IMG/VR virus record: IMGVR_UViG_3300030098_005108
Span: 1 to 59,532 of that record
Reading direction: 5' to 3' (one strand)
DNA: 59,532 bases
Origin: a virus
Taxonomy: Duplodnaviria > Caudoviricetes
Both the position numbers and the translations under genes were made by a program. The notes beneath the pieces are model-generated. The model made no database searches and had not been told where the DNA came from. It was given only the letters and a program-made list of their open reading frames with translations. Of this stretch, positions 53,889 through 59,532 are shown one piece after another (position 1 is the first letter of the stretch; each line of letters begins with the position of its first letter).

Positions 53889-54746
53889 TTAGTATGCTTT
53901 CAAAAACTTAAAAGCTTTTTCATTCATTTTTCCACAAGCGCCTGTTAATATAGATTCTTGTTGTCCATACTCTCTATTAGGAGATGACTTTTCATGTGTA
54001 GTATATTTTGTTACACCATTAAATACACCCCATTTAGTATGTGATATTCTGTTAGTTTCCATATATATACAGGCACTAAGGTCACGTACCATGTTTGCTT
54101 TTCTAGTAGATATTGGCAACTTATCTGTATTAGCCAAATAATCAACCAAGTCATTTACTAAAGATGGTGTAGCTGACTGATTGCTAAACATTTGCAAATC
54201 AGCAATTTTATTTTCTTGATCTACAAAATTTAATATACTAGGCAGTTGTTTAACCTTATCTTGTATAGATTTTGTATGTTTATATCCAGAAAATGCATTA
54301 CCTGATAGCCATGCAAATTGATTTTGACAGAATACTACTTTATTCATAAAACCAAATTTTAATGATGTAGTACCATCATGGCCATTTATAGCATATATAT
54401 ATTGTTCGGTTTCTTGATCACCTATGTTAATAATATTATTTGGTTTTTTCATTTGAACAACTACTTTTCTGCCGCCATTAAATGGTATTGCTTTTACAAT
54501 CTCTAAATCATTTTCACCAGCAATCTCTTGCATAGTTTCTATAATTGTATGATTTTGTGTAGGCTCGTAACTATCTGATACTGTAGTGAATACTTCACCC
54601 GTATCTTCTCTTACTATACCATAGTATGGCGTATGATGTAATCCATTGTTTGCTTCAGGCGTACATTTACCCGCATACATTAATGGTTTTTTAATTACAT
54701 TCCAGTTAAGGTCATTTTGTTCTAAAATTTGTTGTGTATTAAGCAT
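53889..54746 (-). CDS. DUF932-family protein
   Basis: LNW-V, VREDT, Y-P-QN, GG, NGHDG, V-CQN, H, T-WG-FNGVT-Y-TH. Confidence 0.8.
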   Translation of the reverse strand: MLNTQQILEQNDLNWNVIKKPLMYAGKCTPEANNGLHHTPYYGIVREDTGEVFTTVSDSYEPTQNHTIIETMQEIAGENDLEIVKAIPFNGGRKVVVQMKKPNNIINIGDQETEQYIYAINGHDGTTSLKFGFMNKVVFCQNQFAWLSGNAFSGYKHTKSIQDKVKQLPSILNFVDQENKIADLQMFSNQSATPSLVNDLVDYLANTDKLPISTRKANMVRDLSACIYMETNRISHTKWGVFNGVTKYTTHEKSSPNREYGQQESILTGACGKMNEKAFKFLKAY

Positions 54747-55194
54747 AGTCTAATTCTAATTTAGTTAATAATTCTTCTGGAGTACCATTAAATATAACTT
54801 TTTCTGCCCATACATCATAAGCACGAATATAGATACTTCCTTTTCCTTTTGTGTAAATAGTATAAGTAAATTCTTCACCACAATCTTTAGAATCAGGATG
54901 ATGTATGTATATATTGCCTGGACTATCTTTAAAGTGTGCAATTAATTGTGCAGCAAGACACCCCATTCCATTAGCAACTCTTATTTTATCATCTCTTAAT
55001 CCTAAGCCATTAACAATTTTAAAGTCTTCTAAGAAATGAGCTAAATCGTGTCCATGTCCAGACATATAGCCATCATACTGACGATACATACAAAGTATGT
55101 TTTCTGTTGTTTTATGTACTTCATTATTATTTTCTTCATCGGCTACTGCAGTTTCCCATGATTCTTCTATATAAGTTAAACTTCTTGTTCCCAT
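54739..55194 (-). CDS. Conserved phage protein
   Basis: MGTRSLT...YRQYDGY-SGHG...NGMGCLAAQL. Confidence 0.65.
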   Translation of the reverse strand: MGTRSLTYIEESWETAVADEENNNEVHKTTENILCMYRQYDGYMSGHGHDLAHFLEDFKIVNGLGLRDDKIRVANGMGCLAAQLIAHFKDSPGNIYIHHPDSKDCGEEFTYTIYTKGKGSIYIRAYDVWAEKVIFNGTPEELLTKLELDYA

Positions 55195-55205
55195 AATTAT
55201 TTATT

Positions 55206-55415
55206 TTATTTTGTTAATTCTGATATTTCCCAATCTTCATTACTAATTTCCATTTGTTCTAATTCTTTTTCGGCTACTAAATCCCATATACCTTGATCGC
55301 CTTCAAGTATTTTATTATTAATTATATCCATATGTTTTCTACCGTCATCTGGAAATTTTAATGTAATATATGTGGTATATGTTCTATTTATTACCACTTG
55401 ATATTCTTTATGCAT
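55206..55415 (-). CDS. Hypothetical protein
   Basis: 69-aa ORF in packed early block. Confidence 0.55.
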   Translation of the reverse strand: MHKEYQVVINRTYTTYITLKFPDDGRKHMDIINNKILEGDQGIWDLVAEKELEQMEISNEDWEISELTK

Positions 55416-55498
55416 TGTCTTTTATTAATTTAGTTAATAATTTTACTAATTTTTCCATAGCTACAGCTACTCGTTTTATATCATTGTGTAATTCTTTT

Positions 55499-55813
55499 TC
55501 AGCTTTTGTCATAATATTCTTTTTTTTGCACTGGCGTCATTTTCTTTTTACTTTTACTAGCAACTACAAGTTTAGTATTACTATATTTTAATAGATATAT
55601 CATTTCTTTACACAATTCTTTTAGTTCATAATAAATTTTTTCTTGATCAGGGCTGTCATAAGTTATAGCTATTTCATAAGAAAGATCCCAAAATCCTTCA
55701 TCGTGGCTTTCATCTCCATAATCCATATCAAACCAGCCTGATTCATATTTTTGTACTATATCTAGGTTTTTTAATATTTCAGCACGTAAATTATATTTTT
55801 TCACTATATTCAT
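55499..55813 (-). CDS. Hypothetical protein
   Basis: 104-aa ORF. Confidence 0.5.
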   Translation of the reverse strand: MNIVKKYNLRAEILKNLDIVQKYESGWFDMDYGDESHDEGFWDLSYEIAITYDSPDQEKIYYELKELCKEMIYLLKYSNTKLVVASKSKKKMTPVQKKEYYDKS

Positions 55814-56051
55814 AATAATAATTTTTAATTCTTTCTATTATATCTCTACCATTTTGTGTATGAAAACCATAGCTATGTGTATATAACACAGGTATTGGTT
55901 TGTTTTCTACTAATAAATGAAACAAGTCCCACTCATTGTTATAGTCCATATCTTGTTGTGTTTGATTTATAGCTTCTGCCATAGCATAAGCATTATGTTT
56001 ACATACACCATATTCATTAGTTAAGTAATTAGTTATTTCTGTTGCCGTCAT
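55791..56051 (-). CDS. Hypothetical protein
   Basis: 86 aa; ATGA overlap with the upstream gene. Confidence 0.55.
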   Translation of the reverse strand: MTATEITNYLTNEYGVCKHNAYAMAEAINQTQQDMDYNNEWDLFHLLVENKPIPVLYTHSYGFHTQNGRDIIERIKNYYYEYSEKI

Positions 56052-56311
56052 AAGTCTAATTTTATTTGATTTTTACTAGGTTGCCATTGATAATAATAAA
56101 GAGTATATGTTTTATCTCTACCAAATTTATCTGGAAACATTTGTTCTCCAAGTAATGGGGTGTCTTGATCTATTATCATTTTCTTATCGCTATATCTAAC
56201 AAGTATTTTTTCATTAGTATACTTATAGGGCAGGGCAACAAGATCAAACCCAGAGTGTCTAGGATTAACCTTGTAGCCCGCTATAAGTTTCTTTAAGAGA
56301 TATGACTTCAT
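56048..56311 (-). CDS. Hypothetical protein
   Basis: 87 aa; FPDKFGR---Y-LYYY-W motif. Confidence 0.55.
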   Translation of the reverse strand: MKSYLLKKLIAGYKVNPRHSGFDLVALPYKYTNEKILVRYSDKKMIIDQDTPLLGEQMFPDKFGRDKTYTLYYYQWQPSKNQIKLDL

Positions 56312-56568
56312 ATCACTGGTATTGTGCCTAGCTCTTCAAAAGAAGTAAGCATAGCGCCACCGTCATTACCTTCATCATCCATTTGAGGGGTTATAATAGA
56401 CCCGTCTTCTAAATGTATTGTTATAGGGCGTTTATGCCACATAAAATCTTTTAGCATATCTTGAGGCAAATATTCCACTTTAACTATTTTTTTACCAATT
56501 AAATATTTAGCCGCTAAATCTGTCCAGTATTGTTCTACTGATTTTCCATCAATTGTTATTTCAGTCAT
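56308..56568 (-). CDS. Conserved phage protein
   Basis: L-GKKIV-VEY...P-MDDEGNDGG. Confidence 0.6.
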   Translation of the reverse strand: MTEITIDGKSVEQYWTDLAAKYLIGKKIVKVEYLPQDMLKDFMWHKRPITIHLEDGSIITPQMDDEGNDGGAMLTSFEELGTIPVI

Positions 56569-56813
56569 TTTATTTTACTTTTATATGTTCTTGTATTCTT
56601 TTGATTATCAACGTGTTGTACGGTTTTTAATGTCCATAATGCTGTTTCTTTTTTAACAGTATTATAACATTCTTGTATCAACTCTTCTCTTTGCTTTTCA
56701 ATAGATCTTGTAGGATCTACTGTAATACTTTGACCATAATTAATTTTAATAGCTTCAAAATTACCTATATTAATAGTTTTGCTAACATTAAATGATATTG
56801 TATTAGTTTCCAT
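56565..56813 (-). CDS. Hypothetical protein
   Basis: SKTINIGNFE-IKI motif. Confidence 0.6.
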   Translation of the reverse strand: METNTISFNVSKTINIGNFEAIKINYGQSITVDPTRSIEKQREELIQECYNTVKKETALWTLKTVQHVDNQKNTRTYKSKIK

Positions 56814-56815
56814 AA

Positions 56816-57064
56816 TTATTTATTTATAAAACTTTTGCTACGATTATACATTTCTTCTGTTTTTTTTCTTAAATATTTTACATCAAGAAAATAATTGTAT
56901 TTACCTAAGAATTTGTCATCAAATTTACTTAGAGTGTCTTTTAATTTATTTATAGTTTTAGGAACTTCTCTTTTAAGTTTAGATTGTTTTAAGCTATCAC
57001 TTATATATTCTTTCCATTCACCATATGATTTTGTAAGGTTTTCTCCTATTTTATTTACTTTCAT
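56816..57064 (-). CDS. Basic hypothetical protein
   Basis: 82-aa ORF. Confidence 0.5.
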   Translation of the reverse strand: MKVNKIGENLTKSYGEWKEYISDSLKQSKLKREVPKTINKLKDTLSKFDDKFLGKYNYFLDVKYLRKKTEEMYNRSKSFINK

Positions 57065-57075
57065 TTTATTTAATT

Positions 57076-57300
57076 TTAATCAGTTGTACATACAATATCG
57101 TATCCCCATTCTTTTAAAGAATTGATGTCAGTTTCTAAATGGTTTATTAAAAATGATATAAACTCCTCAACATCATATATTCTTTTTTCAGGCATATTTT
57201 TATCTATATAATAACTTATATCGTAATTAAGGAATGTGTTTTCTTTTTCACAAATTTCCTCATCTACTCTAATTTTAAGTGTTATTTCTTTTTCTATCAT
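57076..57300 (-). CDS. Hypothetical protein
   Basis: 74 aa; ATGA overlap. Confidence 0.5.
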   Translation of the reverse strand: MIEKEITLKIRVDEEICEKENTFLNYDISYYIDKNMPEKRIYDVEEFISFLINHLETDINSLKEWGYDIVCTTD

Positions 57301-57845
57301 TTTATTTTAATTTTAGCAGGCTTAATATCAGCCACATTCATAGTTATTGTTTCTGTTTCTTCTTCACATATAAGGCATTTAGCTTCTCCATGGAAATCAT
57401 CTTCGTCAAATGATACTTCTCCTTCACAGCATTCTGATGCTTGATCTAAGTCCCAATGATTATCTTCAAATACTCTTTCGTGTTGAGCGAATAATTTACC
57501 GCCAAAGCACATACCTGGCTCTTCGTATTCTAATGTAAAGCATAAATCAGGAAAGTTTTTCATAATATTTTCTATCCAATCTATAGGAGGGCTCCAAGCT
57601 GTTTCAAATGATACAGCAAAGTAATCTATATCATTGTGATTTATACAGGCTTCACAAGCGTCCCATTTGGTTCCCCAATTTTCTATGCTCCAATTGTACC
57701 AATCTTTACGATCACCACGTGGCAGAGTACCTTCAAATGAAAACTCATCATTTTCTTTAATATTTATTGTTGATTTTTCTACGAATTCTCGTAGTTGTAT
57801 TTCATCACCTGATACTTCTAAGTGATTCCAGCACCAATTTGGCAT
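57297..57845 (-). CDS. DUF1281/YubB ferredoxin-like domain protein
   Basis: MPNWC-N-L...WY-W---NWGTKW...F-TAWSPP...YEEPG. Confidence 0.8.
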   Translation of the reverse strand: MPNWCWNHLEVSGDEIQLREFVEKSTINIKENDEFSFEGTLPRGDRKDWYNWSIENWGTKWDACEACINHNDIDYFAVSFETAWSPPIDWIENIMKNFPDLCFTLEYEEPGMCFGGKLFAQHERVFEDNHWDLDQASECCEGEVSFDEDDFHGEAKCLICEEETETITMNVADIKPAKIKIK

Positions 57846-57866
57846 AATTATTTGTTTTTAGTTAAT

Positions 57867-58025
57867 AAAAAAAAGAAAGAGGGAGGCTGTCCCATTTGTT
57901 AATTGTAAATTAATTTTTCAATATTAATATTCAATTTATTGTTGTTTGTCAATATTACAGCCCATAATCTTTACAAAGTATAACCGCTGAGTTAATAATT
58001 AATAATGATTATAACCCTCTTTCTT
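57867..58025 (-). ncRNA. Candidate multi-stem ncRNA / leader
   Basis: 11-bp closing stem AAGAAAGAGGG/CCCTCTTTCTT; inner stems ATAATC/GATTAT and GGCTGT/ACAGCC; 3' T-run. Confidence 0.45.
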
Positions 58026-58036
58026 AGCCTATTTGT

Positions 58037-58110
58037 AAAAAGGAAGGGAGTAGTAATAACCGCTACGCGTTAGTTATCATTCCGTGGCCACACGCACCTA
58101 CTCCCAACCT
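58037..58110 (-). ncRNA. Candidate three-way-junction ncRNA
   Basis: GGGAGTAG/CTACTCCC closing stem; CGTG/CACG and ATAAC..CGC/GCG.GTTAT hairpins; 3' T-run. Confidence 0.45.
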
Positions 58111-58163
58111 GTTTAAGTATAGTAATCAGCTACCATATGCGTGGTTCGTGATTTACACCTATA

Positions 58164-58547
58164 TTATATTTGAGATGCTAACTCTCTAATCTGTTGAGGA
58201 TTAAGCTTGTTAGCTATTGTATTTGTTTTGAATCTGTTTCTATGCTTAGTAAAAGCATTAACTATTTTATAATATCTTTTAATAAACTTTCTTCTAGCTG
58301 ATTTGTAGTCATTATTACTCCAGCTAACTCTTTTCATAAGTTCATTATATGTGGGCAATACTCTAGTATCTCCATTGAGATATGTTATTGTAAGTTTTGC
58401 TTTGTTAACGTGCTTGATTATCCAATCAGCATTGTTTTTTCTAAATGATTGATGCGCAATATCATATTGTGATATCTTTCTTTTATCAAGTAGTTTTTTT
58501 AAATCCCTCATATATTCTGATGAGATTTCATAGATTTCTTTTTTCAT
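58164..58547 (-). CDS. Basic hypothetical protein
   Basis: 127-aa ORF. Confidence 0.6.
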   Translation of the reverse strand: MKKEIYEISSEYMRDLKKLLDKRKISQYDIAHQSFRKNNADWIIKHVNKAKLTITYLNGDTRVLPTYNELMKRVSWSNNDYKSARRKFIKRYYKIVNAFTKHRNRFKTNTIANKLNPQQIRELASQI

Positions 58548-58580
58548 AGTAAAAGTATTTAGTTAGTTATAAATAAGTAG

Positions 58581-58606
58581 AAAAAAAAGAGCCACAAGGG
58601 CTCTCT
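58581..58606 (-). terminator. Terminator-like hairpin
   Basis: AGAGCC-CTTGT-GGCTCT followed by T7. Confidence 0.7.
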
Positions 58607-58867
58607 TTATTTCTTATTTTTATACTCGTCCATTACTACTGGCTCGTCAGGAGATGGAGTCATAGCAGTAAAGATGGAGAACAATACTCCTGCAATAACA
58701 GCAGTGGCTAGTCCACTAAATGTTCCTATAAATAATAGAGGAAGTAATAGTGTAAATAATATATCCCAGAATGTCTGAGTTTTTACTAGTCTCCGTCTGC
58801 CTAAGGCTTTATATACTATGATATAATAACCTATGGCAGCGAAGAATGCTATTCCTAGAATACTCAT
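58607..58867 (-). CDS. Small multi-pass membrane protein
   Basis: Three hydrophobic segments; TAATG-coupled to the upstream gene. Confidence 0.65.
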   Translation of the reverse strand: MSILGIAFFAAIGYYIIVYKALGRRRLVKTQTFWDILFTLLLPLLFIGTFSGLATAVIAGVLFSIFTAMTPSPDEPVVMDEYKNKK

Positions 58868-59235
58868 TAGAACGGCAAGTCAGCTTTCTTACTTGCTTTC
58901 TTTCTAGTTTTCTTTGTAGGAGTTTCTACTATTTCTCTCTCCTCAACGCTAGGTTTAAGCACTTGTGCTAACGCATCTAGAGCTTTGTCTGCATTTTTAG
59001 GAGTGTAATCATTAAGAATAGGTGTATGAGATAGTTTGTTGTCTCCTACATTCTTGTTAGGAATTAACTTTAGGTTAACCCATTGATTACCATTAGAATC
59101 TGTATTCATATTGTCTTTAACAAATGAGCAGAAGTCTGCTACATTGATAGATACATTAAGAATTTTAGTTCCTGAATTAAATGTATGCTCTCTAACGAAC
59201 ATACCTTTTGCTAACGTGTTTTTGTTTTCTGACAT
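58867..59235 (-). CDS. Small SSB-like protein with DLPF tail
   Basis: LNVSI...WVNL...SHT-ILND pattern; C-terminal ADLPF. Confidence 0.55.
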   Translation of the reverse strand: MSENKNTLAKGMFVREHTFNSGTKILNVSINVADFCSFVKDNMNTDSNGNQWVNLKLIPNKNVGDNKLSHTPILNDYTPKNADKALDALAQVLKPSVEEREIVETPTKKTRKKASKKADLPF

Positions 59236-59264
59236 TTTAAATTGTTTTAATTAATACTTGGTTA

Positions 59265-59392
59265 GTTATTGTTAAGTTGAAAAAAAGATATAACCGTTGC
59301 CTCTATCTCTGGTCGGTTAACTACTAAGCACTCTAGAATACTGTTCGTGATTGTTATAAGTTATATCTTATGTTATTGTTAAGTTGAAAAAA
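59265..59392 (-). repeat. 21-bp direct repeat flanking a structured segment
   Basis: GTTATTGTTAAGTTGAAAAAA at 59265 and 59372. Confidence 0.85.
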
Positions 59393-59412
59393 GGGGCTGT
59401 GCTAAGCCCCTC
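59387..59412 (-). terminator. Terminator-like hairpin
   Basis: AGGGGCT-TAGCAC-AGCCCCT followed by T5. Confidence 0.7.
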
Positions 59413-59486
59413 TATGATAGAATGCTGATAACAAGTAGGTTACGACAATTATTATGGATAGCACGCAGCGCATTCTATAAAGTTTG

Positions 59487-59494
59487 CAAATATA
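59487..59494 (-). promoter_or_regulatory. Bacteroidota -7 promoter element heading the minus-strand block
   Basis: TATATTTG on the minus strand. Confidence 0.6.
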
Positions 59495-59532
59495 ATAAAA
59501 AGTATTATAATATTTCTTTTCTTATATTTTGT

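Larger units (their letters stand above)
1..59532. mobile_element. crAss-like (Crassvirales-related) Bacteroidota phage genome segment
   Basis: Gene order of ring proteins, IHF-like, ring/tail tubular, muzzle, cargo proteins and giant RNAP matches crAss-like tail/ejection modules; two convergent transcription blocks; phage recombination genes; no housekeeping genes. Confidence 0.88.

Noticed and set aside
47257-57125. Plus-strand ORFs within the minus block (47257, 47509, 48846, 50480, 51003, 55370, 56895)
   Set aside because: Antisense to tightly packed, overlapping minus-strand genes
57974-57982. Additional TAnnTTTG promoter
   Set aside because: The minus strand reads TATACTTTG, which does not fit the TAnnTTTG spacing
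57867-58157. tRNA genes
   Set aside because: No cloverleaf with a properly placed TTC T-loop and D-loop could be built by eye; tRNAscan-SE would settle it
59265-59392. Mini CRISPR array
   Set aside because: Only two 21-bp AT-rich non-palindromic repeats, an 86-nt spacer, and no cas genes
1-59532. Stop-codon reassignment (TAG or TGA) as in some gut crAss-like phages
   Set aside because: Very long ORFs are intact under the standard code, TAG and TGA end genes at sensible boundaries, and no suppressor tRNA was seen

Overview
The window reads as a 59.5-kb piece of a lytic crAss-like (Crassvirales-related) podophage genome; no host genes are evident. The host is probably a Bacteroidota member, likely a marine Flavobacteriales (inferred from TAnnTTTG promoters, A-rich starts lacking Shine-Dalgarno sites, and Q-rule signal peptides). 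The + strand (1-46789) is the late/virion block: ring proteins, an IHF-like protein, a 2309-aa muzzle protein, ejected cargo proteins (one with a tail-lysozyme domain), and a 4081-aa polyprotein with a zincin HExxH motif and a two-barrel RNA polymerase DLDGD motif. These are followed by receptor-binding/fibre genes, a cluster of secreted and outer-membrane protein genes, lysis genes, an RMT2/GAMT-like methyltransferase and a metallophosphoesterase. The - strand (46840-59494) is the early/middle block: DnaB, SSB, a Sak/Rad52-like annealase, a RecE-like exonuclease, a RusA-like resolvase, DUF932 and many small proteins. Terminase, portal, major capsid protein, DNA polymerase and primase were not recognised in the window. 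The strongest candidates for something new are (i) a phage-encoded envelope module of outer-membrane barrels, a periplasmic thioredoxin-fold protein and a Cys-repeat T9SS cargo, (ii) a eukaryote-like guanidino/arginine methyltransferase translationally coupled between fibre genes, and (iii) a repeated hairpin + T-run + conserved 14-mer element and several structured RNA candidates in the early region. All family calls come from motif recognition by eye; no searches were run.
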